From contig CAYPSO010000008.1 of the NCBI GenBank assembly GCA_964413275.1, positions 4,565 to 68,564 on the forward strand: DNA of 64,000 bases, in the 5' to 3' direction. Of the stretch, positions 29,436 to 38,803 are shown piece after piece. The position numbers were made by a program, and so were the translations under genes. The stretch's first letter is position 1. The number at the start of each line of letters is the position of its first letter. The notes beneath the pieces are model-generated. The model was not told where the DNA came from. It did not search any database and was given only the letters and a program-made list of their open reading frames with translations. Source of the stretch: an uncultured bacterium. Its GTDB lineage: Bacteria; Cyanobacteriota; Cyanobacteriia; Cyanobacteriales; JAABRE01.

Positions 29436-30206
29436 TTATTTTTTTTTTGTAAAAAAAGATTTTTCGGCTCGTCCAACTTCTTGTAAATATAATCTCAAAG
29501 TATCTTTAACCTCACCAATATATTTAATTTCACCTTTATCCAACCAAATTAATCGCTCGCAAGAATCAGCTACCATTTCTAAATCGTGGGAAACAAATAA
29601 AACCGTTGTTTTCTCATCCCAAAGTTCTTGAATACGTTGCTTACATTTGCGTTTAAAACGCTCATCTCCTACGGATAAAACTTCATCTAAAATTAAAATA
29701 TCTGGTCGAACATCGGTGGCAATAGCAAAACCTAATCTCGCAATCATACCAGAAGATAAACCCTGTACGGGTACTAAAGCTTCCTTTTCTAAATCCGCAA
29801 ATTCTAAAATAGAAGCGGCTCTATGTTTCATTTCTTGAAGGGAAAAACCGAGCATAACCCCATAGAGAACAATATTATCAATTACCGATAATTTGCGATC
29901 GAATCCAGCTTCTAATTCAATTACAGGAGCAACTTTGCCTTTGACTCTCACTTGCCCTGTGGTGGGTTTTAAAATACCAGAAATAACTTTTAGTAAGGTT
30001 GATTTTCCCGATCCATTCGCACCAACAATACCTAGTTTCTCGCCTTTTTCTATGACTAAATTAATCTCATTAAGAACTAATTTTTTAACAGGATGGCGAT
30101 ATTTCCCCTCAAAAAAAGCCAAAATAGTTTTTTTGAAATCATAGGAAAATTCTTCTTGTGTTCTACGGTAAAGGGAAACATTAGTAAGTCTAATTACTTC
30201 GTCCAT
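29436..30206 (-). CDS. polysaccharide/O-antigen-type ABC exporter ATP-binding protein (Wzt/TagH/KpsT-like)
   Basis: 256 aa; GANGSGKST, LSSGMIARL, LILDEVLSVGD. Coupled to the ABC-2 permease. Confidence 0.8.
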   Translation of the reverse strand: MDEVIRLTNVSLYRRTQEEFSYDFKKTILAFFEGKYRHPVKKLVLNEINLVIEKGEKLGIVGANGSGKSTLLKVISGILKPTTGQVRVKGKVAPVIELEAGFDRKLSVIDNIVLYGVMLGFSLQEMKHRAASILEFADLEKEALVPVQGLSSGMIARLGFAIATDVRPDILILDEVLSVGDERFKRKCKQRIQELWDEKTTVLFVSHDLEMVADSCERLIWLDKGEIKYIGEVKDTLRLYLQEVGRAEKSFFTKKK

Positions 30207-31000
30207 TATAGCAAGTCCATAAACTGGGACTGCAAACTTCTAAAAATGTACCAGCCTGAAGCCAAAACAATTATACCCGCTAATAACCCATGTAAAATCA
30301 AAAATGGATCTGGCCATTCCCCAGAAAGGGAAATTTGCCGCAGACTTTCAATAATTGGCAAAATAGGATTCAGTAATAAAATAGATTTAACTTCATCGGG
30401 AACAATCTCCGCAGGGTAAAATACCGGAGAGCTTAAACCAAGTACAAATACGAGTATTTCATAAAAATAGCCCACATCTCGAAAAAATACGTATAAAGAA
30501 CTTGCTAACAAGCCAACTCCACTACTAACTAGGGTTAAAGCAATAATCGGAAAAATTAAAGCCAACACATTAATTAAACTTTTAGATGTGATTAAAGTAA
30601 CCAACATCAATAAGGGTAAAGCTGTCACGCTAAACTGAAATAAATTAGCAATTACTGTGGAAACAGGGAAAATTCCCATGGGCAACTGGATTTTATTTAA
30701 TAATTCTGAGTTTTCTACCACACTGGCTAAAGCTTGATTAGTGGCTGAGGAAAAAAAATTAATCACCACTAAACCAGTAAAGGCAGCCAAAATATAATTA
30801 ATTAGGGAAGAATCATAATAACTAGCAAAAGTAGCGCCAAAAATTGCTGTATAAATTCCCGTCATCATTAAAGGATTTAATAATGACCAATATACCCCTA
30901 AAATTGAACCTCGGTAACGGACTTTGAGATTGCGATCAACTAAAACCTGTAGTAATTGTGAGTATCGATAAAGAATGGGGTTGCTTAATTTGAGAGTCAT
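30206..31000 (-). CDS. ABC-2 type exporter permease (Wzm/KpsM-like)
   Basis: 264 aa, six hydrophobic segments. Its stop overlaps the ATPase start. Confidence 0.8.
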   Translation of the reverse strand: MTLKLSNPILYRYSQLLQVLVDRNLKVRYRGSILGVYWSLLNPLMMTGIYTAIFGATFASYYDSSLINYILAAFTGLVVINFFSSATNQALASVVENSELLNKIQLPMGIFPVSTVIANLFQFSVTALPLLMLVTLITSKSLINVLALIFPIIALTLVSSGVGLLASSLYVFFRDVGYFYEILVFVLGLSSPVFYPAEIVPDEVKSILLLNPILPIIESLRQISLSGEWPDPFLILHGLLAGIIVLASGWYIFRSLQSQFMDLL

Positions 31001-31094
31001 AGATAAATAATCAAAGAGAAATTTCTTAATATAGTGCCAGATTCAGTTAAACTTAGGATGATTGATTGCATTATAGATAGTTATTTAAGTAAGA

Positions 31095-31286
31095 ATGGAA
31101 ATCGGGCAAAAAGTCAAGGTGTATCGTTTAAGAGACAGAGTATCTGCTGATGTAGTTAATACTCTGGGTAAAGTTGGAGTTATCAAGGACTTCAAAATGA
31201 CTGATGGCAGTGGAATAGGTGCGGTTGTTGAATTTCCTGACAAAACTAGCACTTGGTTTTTTGACGACGAATTGAAAACTGTATAA
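31095..31286 (+). CDS. petP: DUF2862 / cytochrome b6f-associated PetP-like SH3-fold protein
   Basis: 63 aa; MEIGQKVKVYRLRDRVS...FKMTDGSGIGAVVEF...TWFFDDEL resembles PetP (Ssr2998 family) from memory. Confidence 0.55.
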   Translation: MEIGQKVKVYRLRDRVSADVVNTLGKVGVIKDFKMTDGSGIGAVVEFPDKTSTWFFDDELKTV

Positions 31287-31317
31287 CAGTTATAAATCAA
31301 TAGTTATCAGTTAACAC

Positions 31318-31373
31318 ATAGTAGTTCATAGTTTATGGTGTAATAACCTAGTTACTATGAACTACTCATTTTT
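31318..31373 (+). terminator. rho-independent terminator after petP
   Basis: Arms ATAGTAGTTCATAGT (31318-31332) and ACTATGAACTACT (31354-31366), followed by a T-run at 31369-31373. Confidence 0.55.
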
Positions 31374-31400
31374 GTAACCTAATCTATAGAGAGTGTTTAT

Positions 31401-32495
31401 ATGTCATTTATTCTGACTTTTTTAGGTAAAGGTGGTACAGGTAAAACCACAATCGCCATTGCCGCAGCTAAACAATTAGCTAATCTTGGTTCTAGGGTAT
31501 TATTGGTTAGCTCCGATACTAGCCCTGCTTTTGCTGGGATTTTAGGAGTTGAAACCAGTAGTCAACCCCAAGAAATTGGAGCTAATTTGGCTGTTGTTCA
31601 ATTTAAGGCAACGGAATTATTAGAAAAAAGCTGGGAAGATGTTAAGGAATTAGAAGCAAAATATCTCAAATCTCCTACTTTAAAAAATGTTTATGGGCAA
31701 GAATTGGGTATTTTACCCGGAATGGATAATGCTCTGGCTTTAAATGCCCTACGAGAATATGACCAAAGTGGAAAATATGATGCCATTGTTTATGATGGTG
31801 ATGGTGATATGGCAACTTTACGGATGTTAGGTACACCGGAAATTATGAGTTGGTATATCCGTCGTTTTCGGCAAATTTTTAGCGAATCTGATATTGGTAA
31901 GGCAATTTCTCCATTTATTCAACCCGTAACTGGTGCGATTCTTAATGTCTCTTGGAATGCGGATAATTTTGCCCAAGAGCCAACTAATGAAGCTAATGAA
32001 ATCTTATCGGAAGGGAAAAAAGCAGTTAGCGATCCTAATCGAGTTGCTGCTTTTTTAGTCACTACTGAGGATAAAAATGCGATCGCAACTGCTAAATATT
32101 TGTGGGGCGGCGCACAACAAATTGGCTTAACAGTAGGTGGAGTTATTCTCAATCAAGCCCAAGTTACAGAAAACTTAACTCAAGAATTTAGTCATTTACC
32201 AATTACTTCGATTCCCAAAAAAGATAGTGATTGGGAAAATCTCATTAATGCTTTACCTAACTTTAAGCAAGCTAATCAAGCACCTAAACCTATCACCATT
32301 GACACCTCACAGCGTCAGGTTAAGGTCTTTTTACCCGGTTTTGATAAAAAAGAGGTTAAGTTAACTCAATATGGGCCAGAAATCACCATTGAAGCCGGAA
32401 ACCAACGCCGTAATATTTTCTTACCTGCTCCATTGACAGGGCAATCTGTTAAAGGTGCAAAATTTCAAGACGGTTATTTGATAATTTCTTTATAA
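31401..32495 (+). CDS. ArsA/Get3-family ATPase with C-terminal HSP20-like domain
   Basis: 364 aa. Deviant Walker [11 protein letters not shown]-terminal [19 protein letters not shown]...[13 protein letters not shown]. Confidence 0.7.
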   Translation: MSFILTFLGKGGTGKTTIAIAAAKQLANLGSRVLLVSSDTSPAFAGILGVETSSQPQEIGANLAVVQFKATELLEKSWEDVKELEAKYLKSPTLKNVYGQELGILPGMDNALALNALREYDQSGKYDAIVYDGDGDMATLRMLGTPEIMSWYIRRFRQIFSESDIGKAISPFIQPVTGAILNVSWNADNFAQEPTNEANEILSEGKKAVSDPNRVAAFLVTTEDKNAIATAKYLWGGAQQIGLTVGGVILNQAQVTENLTQEFSHLPITSIPKKDSDWENLINALPNFKQANQAPKPITIDTSQRQVKVFLPGFDKKEVKLTQYGPEITIEAGNQRRNIFLPAPLTGQSVKGAKFQDGYLIISL

Positions 32496-32496
32496 G

Positions 32497-32538
32497 AGCG
32501 ATTAGCGATTAGCTGTTAGCTTTTAGCTGTTAACGAAT
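32497..32538. repeat. heptanucleotide array (AGCGATT x2, AGCTGTT, AGCTTTT, AGCTGTT, AACGAAT)
   Basis: Starts 2 nt after the stop at 32493-32495. Confidence 0.85.
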
Positions 32539-32554
32539 AACATAGGAAAAAAAA

Positions 32555-33544
32555 ATGTCAGAAACGAGTAATACAGAAACCGAACAAGTCAAAGATAATG
32601 GCTCAAAAGCTAGGCAACTTTTGGGGATGAAAGGTGCATCTTCTGGGGAAACTTCCATTTGGAAAATCAGGCTACAGTTAATGAAGCCCATTACTTGGAT
32701 TCCTTTAATTTGGGGAGTTGTATGTGGTGCAGCTTCCAGTGGTCATTATATTTGGGGTGTAGAAGATTTTCTCAAGGCTTTAACCTGTATGTTGCTTTCC
32801 GGGCCTTTTATGACTGGCTATACCCAAACCCTCAATGATTTTTACGATCGCGAAATTGATGCGATTAACGAGCCTTATCGTCCTATTCCCTCTGGTGCAA
32901 TTTCTATTCCCCAAGTTGTAGCGCAAATTATAGTTTTGTTATTTGGAGGTGTAGGATTAGGTTATCTTTTAGACCTTTGGGCTGGTCATGATTTTCCCAT
33001 CATGGCTAGTTTAACTTTTTTTGGTGCATTTATTGCCTATATTTATTCGGCTCCACCATTGAAATTAAAACAGAATGGTTGGCTCGGAAATTATGCTTTA
33101 GGTGCTAGTTATATTGCCCTACCTTGGTGGGCTGGCCATGCGCTTTTTGGGGAATTAAACTGGACTATTGTAGTGCTGACTTTGTTTTATAGTTTAGCTG
33201 GATTAGGAATTGCTGTCGTTAACGACTTTAAGAGTGTAGAGGGCGATAGCCAACTGGGTTTAAAATCTTTACCTGTTATGTTTGGAGTTACAACAGCAGC
33301 ATGGATTTGTGTTTTAATGATTGATATATTTCAGTTTGGAATTGCTGGTTATTTAATTAGTATTCACGAAAATCTTTATGCTGCAATTCTGATTTTATTA
33401 GTAATTCCTCAAATCACTTTTCAAGATATGTATTTCTTAAAAGATCCTTTGAAAAATGATGTTAAATATCAAGCAAGTGCGCAACCTTTTCTCGTATTAG
33501 GAATGTTAGTAGCGGGTTTAGCTTTAGGACATAGTGGCATTTAA
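32555..33544 (+). CDS. chlG: chlorophyll synthase
   Basis: 329 aa. UbiA-type motif NDFYDREIDAINEPYRPIPSG and a second Asp-rich box VNDFKSVEGD. Confidence 0.9.
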   Translation: MSETSNTETEQVKDNGSKARQLLGMKGASSGETSIWKIRLQLMKPITWIPLIWGVVCGAASSGHYIWGVEDFLKALTCMLLSGPFMTGYTQTLNDFYDREIDAINEPYRPIPSGAISIPQVVAQIIVLLFGGVGLGYLLDLWAGHDFPIMASLTFFGAFIAYIYSAPPLKLKQNGWLGNYALGASYIALPWWAGHALFGELNWTIVVLTLFYSLAGLGIAVVNDFKSVEGDSQLGLKSLPVMFGVTTAAWICVLMIDIFQFGIAGYLISIHENLYAAILILLVIPQITFQDMYFLKDPLKNDVKYQASAQPFLVLGMLVAGLALGHSGI

Positions 33545-33551
33545 TATTGTA

Positions 33552-33572
33552 GTAGGGTGGGCAATACCCACC
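33552..33572. repeat. short hairpin form of MITE family A (GTAGGGTGGGCAATACCCACC)
   Basis: Lies between the convergent chlG and kinase genes. Confidence 0.65.
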
Positions 33573-33587
33573 TAATAAAAATTTTAA

Positions 33588-35609
33588 CTAAGATTTAATT
33601 AGGTGTTTTTCTGTTTCCCTATATTTTTTAATATTATTATAGTTAATAATTATTTTATAAATAAAAAAGCCTAATAAAAGACTGCTATTAATGCATAAAG
33701 GTAATAACAAATAAATAAAATCTTTTAAGTATAAACTCATTGCCATAATAGCTGAAAAACTGGTTGTAAATAATAAAAATACAATAGCCCATTGAGTCTT
33801 ATATTCTGTCGCAATAAGTTTACGATATAAATAAATAACTAATCCTAAAAATAATCCCAATAAATTAAATATAATAAAATTCAAAATTCCTAAACCTATT
33901 ATTTGTAATAAATAATTAATAGAATTATCTAAATTGGTTTTGAAATAAAACAGTAATCCCAAACAAACTATTAACTCAAAAAATACTAGCCAAAATATAT
34001 GAGTAAAGGAATTTTGGCAAAACATAAGAAATATCTGATTATTACCGCTTAATTTCTTTTTCCAATAGTTAATCCCTAATTGTAACCCATCAATAATATT
34101 GGCGATCGCAATAATTAAACCTACAATTATTTTAGTTAGAATTTCTTTATTTTTTGATGAAAAAATATCTTTTACTTGAGCAAAATCTATATTTTTTTGC
34201 CAAAATAACTGTAAACTATTTAAATAATCTTGACCATGAAATAAGCAGTAGAGAATAGCAATTAATAAAAGTGTAAAACCCAACCATGATTTATAGGGAA
34301 ATTGACTAACATTAAGAGAAATAGGAGCAGTTTTGACTATAACTGTAAGACTATATTTTTTTTCACCCGGATTAATTAATAATAATAGTCTTCTTTTATA
34401 AATGCGATCGCATTGAAGTTTGCTAGTATCTATCTTGATAATAGAATTAATGGATTCTGGTTGATGGGAAAAAAATCTGTTTTGTCTAAAAGAGATCCAA
34501 GGATGATTATTATCAGTATAGGGTGGATCTTTAGGATTAGGTTTTATGTGCCATTCTCCAGAAATAGCACCTTCTTTAGTGTAATTACTAATATTAATAT
34601 TTCCTACTAAAAATTGACCTTTTTTATCGGCTTTTAGCTTAACTTCTTTTGTATTTAATTTAATATTGGGTTTAATTATAGGAGTTTGAAGAACTGTTTT
34701 AGCAGTTTGATTAATTGTCGTTGGACGATTTACCGGATTATCTAAAGCTTTTAATACTTCCTTGGCTGAACTATAGCGATTTTGGTAATTTATTTGTAAT
34801 AATTTATTTAAAATTTCTCGTAAATTTGGTTTTAAACTAATAGTCAGATAATCTTGCCAATTTTCCGTCCAACTATATCCTTTAATTTGATATAAATCCC
34901 AAGGATTTTTGCCAGTTAATAAATGAAAACAAGTTGCACCCAAACTATATAAATCACTAGCAGGATAAACTTTACCCTCATTCATTTGTTCCCAAGGTAC
35001 ATAACCAAAAGAACCAATAGTTGTTCCTTTCGCTACAGTTTTTTGAGATATATTTCTGGCAATACCAAAATCAATTAAAAATAATTTATTATCACTTTTT
35101 CTTCGTAAAATATTTTCAGGTTTTATGTCTCGGTGAATTACTTTACCTTGATGAATAAATTGTAATATATCTAATAATTCTCTTAAAAGTTGTTCGATTT
35201 TTTTCTCACTAAAATTTCCTTTTTTTTCTAACTCTTGTAATAAATTATCTCCTTCAATAAATTCTTGGACTAAATATAATCTATTATCTTGTTCTAAAAA
35301 TGCTAAAAGTTCGGGAATTTGGGGATGTTTTCCTAAATCTTTTAAACAATTTGCTTCTTGTTTAAATAATTGCATAGACTTTTGATAAGCCTCTCCTCCT
35401 TGTTGACTAGGAAGAAATTGCTTAATCACACAAGTTGTATTTAATCTTTGTTCATCAAGAGCTTTAAAAGTTCGACCAAAACCCCCTTCTCCAATATATT
35501 TAATCGCTCGATAACGCTCTCCTAATAATAATTTACTACCACAAACTTGACAAAATTTGTGTTCTAAAAGATTTTTATTTAAGCAATTAGGATTAAAACA
35601 TTCACTCAT
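33588..35609 (-). CDS. Ser/Thr protein kinase with N-terminal zinc ribbon and C-terminal polytopic membrane domain
   Basis: 673 aa. CFNPNC...CQVCGSKL. Kinase motifs GEGGFGRTF, CVIKQF, HRDIKPENIL, DFG. About 7 hydrophobic helices in the last 230 aa. Confidence 0.85.
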   Translation of the reverse strand: MSECFNPNCLNKNLLEHKFCQVCGSKLLLGERYRAIKYIGEGGFGRTFKALDEQRLNTTCVIKQFLPSQQGGEAYQKSMQLFKQEANCLKDLGKHPQIPELLAFLEQDNRLYLVQEFIEGDNLLQELEKKGNFSEKKIEQLLRELLDILQFIHQGKVIHRDIKPENILRRKSDNKLFLIDFGIARNISQKTVAKGTTIGSFGYVPWEQMNEGKVYPASDLYSLGATCFHLLTGKNPWDLYQIKGYSWTENWQDYLTISLKPNLREILNKLLQINYQNRYSSAKEVLKALDNPVNRPTTINQTAKTVLQTPIIKPNIKLNTKEVKLKADKKGQFLVGNINISNYTKEGAISGEWHIKPNPKDPPYTDNNHPWISFRQNRFFSHQPESINSIIKIDTSKLQCDRIYKRRLLLLINPGEKKYSLTVIVKTAPISLNVSQFPYKSWLGFTLLLIAILYCLFHGQDYLNSLQLFWQKNIDFAQVKDIFSSKNKEILTKIIVGLIIAIANIIDGLQLGINYWKKKLSGNNQIFLMFCQNSFTHIFWLVFFELIVCLGLLFYFKTNLDNSINYLLQIIGLGILNFIIFNLLGLFLGLVIYLYRKLIATEYKTQWAIVFLLFTTSFSAIMAMSLYLKDFIYLLLPLCINSSLLLGFFIYKIIINYNNIKKYRETEKHLIKS

Positions 35610-35618
35610 TACAATTTA

Positions 35619-36272
35619 CTAATTAGAGTAATTTTCACTTAAATATTGTTCAAATTTTCTTAAAGCAACACTAGAGCCATTTTCCCAAGCAAATTCTACA
35701 TATTCTGGAATAATTTCTAGGAGAGAAAACTCATTAAAAATGATACTACTATCTACAGCTAAATATTCTCCATTTTCATAAACATATATAGATAATTTTC
35801 CTGGTCGATAAATCCATAATTCAGGAATAGCTAGAAGTAAATAATATTCAGGATTAGTGAAAGAAGTAAGGTCAACTTCGACAGCTAAATCGGGAGGTGG
35901 AAGTTTACTTAAATCTATTTTTTCTTGACCTAAAATAGCTTGACGATTATTAATATAAAAACAAGTATCTGGTTCGACTCCTGCTTGTGGGAATTTTTTT
36001 AAAGTAATTGGATCGAAACATTCCCAATCTTTACCTTGATGGTGCAATAAAATTTTAATTAAATCTCTTAAGGTATCAATTCTTTTTCCATGAGCAGGTA
36101 AAGGAGACATTAATAAAATTTCTTGAGTATAATTATTAAAATAAATTTTAGGATAAATATTTTCCTGACGAATGTTTAAAAGTTCTTCATAATCTGACCA
36201 AGTTTGCTGACGCAAAATAATTTCACCACCCGGAGGTAAACTAATTGTATCTGAACTAAGGGTAACTAACAT
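35619..36272 (-). CDS. Uma2 family endonuclease-like protein (tandem copy A)
   Basis: 217 aa; MSPLPAHGK, EPDTCFY, PDLAVEVDLTS. Differs from copy B at 14 positions by manual alignment. Confidence 0.8.
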   Translation of the reverse strand: MLVTLSSDTISLPPGGEIILRQQTWSDYEELLNIRQENIYPKIYFNNYTQEILLMSPLPAHGKRIDTLRDLIKILLHHQGKDWECFDPITLKKFPQAGVEPDTCFYINNRQAILGQEKIDLSKLPPPDLAVEVDLTSFTNPEYYLLLAIPELWIYRPGKLSIYVYENGEYLAVDSSIIFNEFSLLEIIPEYVEFAWENGSSVALRKFEQYLSENYSN

Positions 36273-36286
36273 AATTACGAATTAAT

Positions 36287-36934
36287 TTAATAATTTTCAC
36301 TTAAATATTGTTCAAATTTTCTTAAAGCAACACTAGAGCCATTTTCCCAAGCAAATTCTACATATTCTGGAATTATTTCTAGTAGAGGAAACTCATTAAA
36401 AATGATACTATTATCTACGGTTAAATATTCTCCATTTTCATAAACATATATAAATAATTTTCCTTGTCGATAGATCCATAATTCAGGAATAGCTAAAGGT
36501 AAATAATATTCAGGTTTAGTTAAACAAGTAAGGTCAACTTCTACAGCTAAATCGGGAGGTGGAAGTTGAGTTAAATCTATTTTTTCTTGACCCAAAATAG
36601 CTTCTCGATTATTAATATAAAAACAAGTATCTGGTTCGACTCCTGCTTGTGGGAATTTTTTTAAAGTAATTGGATCGAAACATTCCCAATCTTTACCTTG
36701 ATGGTGCAATAAAATTTTAATTAAATCTCTTAAGGTATCAATTCTTTTTCCATGAGCAGGTAAAGGAGACATTAATAAAATTTCTTGAGTATAATTATTA
36801 AAATAAATTTTAGGATAAATATTTTCCTGACGAATGTTTAAAAGTTCTTCATAATCTGACCAAGTTTGCTGACGCAAAATAATTTCACCACCCGAAGGTA
36901 AACTAATTTTATCCGAACTAAGTGTAACTAACAT
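36287..36934 (-). CDS. Uma2 family endonuclease-like protein (tandem copy B)
   Basis: 215 aa. Near-identical to copy A, with 14 nt between the two genes. Confidence 0.8.
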   Translation of the reverse strand: MLVTLSSDKISLPSGGEIILRQQTWSDYEELLNIRQENIYPKIYFNNYTQEILLMSPLPAHGKRIDTLRDLIKILLHHQGKDWECFDPITLKKFPQAGVEPDTCFYINNREAILGQEKIDLTQLPPPDLAVEVDLTCLTKPEYYLPLAIPELWIYRQGKLFIYVYENGEYLTVDNSIIFNEFPLLEIIPEYVEFAWENGSSVALRKFEQYLSENY

Positions 36935-37056
36935 AAATCGTCTCTGTCTTAATTATTAATAGTATAACTTAAGAAAAAATAGATACCTTCAACTTAAAAA
37001 AAATCAAGCTAAAATGCTAAAAGTATATATCTAAAAATAGTTATAGTATTTAAGTT

Positions 37057-38265
37057 ATGAAAAGAAGAGAATTTGTACAAGTTTTAGCTGGAGCAACTCT
37101 TATACCCATTGGTATTAATGCTTGGGTTGCTAGGGGAATGGCTCAAACTGAAAATAATAAAAGGCTTATTGTTGTTTTTCTCCGAGGTGCTGTTGATGGT
37201 TTAAACGTAGTTGTACCCTATCAAGACACTAACTATTATGAAGCAAGGCCAACCATTGCCTTAGCAACTCCGGGGGAATCCGAAGGAGTAATCAACTTAG
37301 ATGGTTATTTTGGCTTGCATCCTGCCTTAAATAATTTGATGCCTTTCTGGCAAGAAAAAAGTTTAGCTTTTATTCATGCTTGCGGCTCACCAGAATCCAC
37401 GCGCTCTCATTTTGATGCCCAAGACTATATGGAAAGCGGTACTCCGGGGGTTAAAAACATTGATACTGGTTGGCTGAATCGCTTACTCGCTAATCTTCCC
37501 AAAGGAAAACCAACTCAAGCAGTAAATTTAGGCAGCACTACCCCTCGCATTCTTCAGGGTACAATGCCTGTAGCTAATTTGGCTAGTGGTCGTAGTGGTC
37601 TTCAAAGATTGCCTGTGGATAATCCTGTTATTAGCAAAGCTTTTGATCGTTTATATAGTGGTGAAGATGCCCTTAGTCTAGCCTATAAACAGGGTGAACA
37701 AGCACGCAAAATCATTTTAAACGAACTAGAAAATGAAATGATAACTTCTGCTAAAGGTGCGCCATCCCCGATGGATTTTGCCACAGATGCCCGTCGAGTA
37801 GCTAAATTAATGGTAAGTGATGCCAAAACCCAAATAGCTTTTATGGCTTCGGGAGGATGGGATACTCACGTTAATGAAACACCAAGTTTAAATAGAAATT
37901 TAAGCTCTTTAGGTGAAGGATTAAATGCTCTCGTAAAAGAATTAGGTACGCTTTATGAGGATACAGTTATCCTTGTTATGTCTGAATTTGGGCGCACTGT
38001 TAAGGAAAATGGCAATTTAGGAACAGATCACGGTCACGGTAATGTAATGTGGTTACTAGGCGGAAATTTACGTGGTGGCGAGATTTATGGCGAATGGCCA
38101 GGTTTAGAAAAAGATGATTTATTTGAAGGTAGAGATTTAGCTATTACCACTGATTTTCGAGAGCCAATTGCTTCTATTTTAGTTGACCATTTAAACTTAC
38201 CTCAAAGTAATCTTACAGATATTTTCCCCGGTTACAGTTGGAAAAACAGTCTTAAATTAATATGA
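37057..38265 (+). CDS. DUF1501 domain protein (sulfatase/phosphatase-like fold) with Tat-type signal
   Basis: 402 aa; MKRREFVQVLAGA; VVFLRGAVDGLNVVVP and SEFGRT...GTDHGHG blocks. Confidence 0.8.
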   Translation: MKRREFVQVLAGATLIPIGINAWVARGMAQTENNKRLIVVFLRGAVDGLNVVVPYQDTNYYEARPTIALATPGESEGVINLDGYFGLHPALNNLMPFWQEKSLAFIHACGSPESTRSHFDAQDYMESGTPGVKNIDTGWLNRLLANLPKGKPTQAVNLGSTTPRILQGTMPVANLASGRSGLQRLPVDNPVISKAFDRLYSGEDALSLAYKQGEQARKIILNELENEMITSAKGAPSPMDFATDARRVAKLMVSDAKTQIAFMASGGWDTHVNETPSLNRNLSSLGEGLNALVKELGTLYEDTVILVMSEFGRTVKENGNLGTDHGHGNVMWLLGGNLRGGEIYGEWPGLEKDDLFEGRDLAITTDFREPIASILVDHLNLPQSNLTDIFPGYSWKNSLKLI

Positions 38266-38269
38266 GTTT

Positions 38270-38304
38270 GTTATTGGTTATTGGTTACTCGTTACTTCTA
38301 CACT
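38270..38304. repeat. heptanucleotide array (GTTATTG x2, GTTACTC, GTTACTT, CTACACT)
   Basis: Starts 5 nt after the stop at 38263-38265. Confidence 0.8.
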
Positions 38305-38333
38305 ACTAGAATCGAGTATATTTTTTAATTTCA

Positions 38334-38405
38334 GTAGGGTGGGTTAGGCGATGATAAACATTCAAAATAAACCTAAAGTTATTAATTTGCCGTAACCCAC
38401 CATCC
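38334..38405. mobile_element. MITE-like element, family A variant (GTAGGGTGGGTTAGG...CCGTAACCCACCATCC)
   Basis: Imperfect terminal inverted repeats with an AT-rich interior. Confidence 0.55.
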
Positions 38406-38803
38406 AAAATTTTATACCTACTTTTTCCGACTTTAAATTAAACTACTTTTTCCGACTGACAAAATAGCATGGGTTTTTTAGAATAATTGCTAACAACAAT
38501 GAATCCTAAAATATCTCATGCTAAATAATTCTATATCTGTCATAGATTTAACGAAATCTAATAATTATCAACAAATTAATGTTGAAATAGATAAACTGCT
38601 TAATCGTTATCTTTCTCTAAAACAGAGGAAAAATTGATGAAAATAATCATATTTTATAATTGGGTTTGTGGGAAAAAGAAGAGCAAAGACACGCTCCTGT
38701 TTTAATAAGAGTTTATCAACAATTAACAGGAGAAAAGTTTATTCCTCAAAGTAAAAAAGCACGTCTCTATCAACCAACAAATAAACCTCAAGAACATTAT
38801 AAA

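Noticed and set aside
31085-31300. 71-aa minus-strand ORF
   Set aside because: It is an exact antisense shadow of the PetP-like gene, which has the recognisable conserved sequence.
35971-35981. tRNA T-loop-like GGTTCGACTCC (also at 36633..36643)
   Set aside because: The flanks do not form T-stem, acceptor or anticodon arms. The motif is inside both conserved Uma2 ORFs (encoding AGVEPD on the opposite strand).
38660-38803. N-terminal 48-codon extension of uppS from a TTG start
   Set aside because: UppS homologs begin close to the MDGNGRWA region. The ATG at 38804 gives a normal-length protein, and the extension looks like a remnant of another gene.
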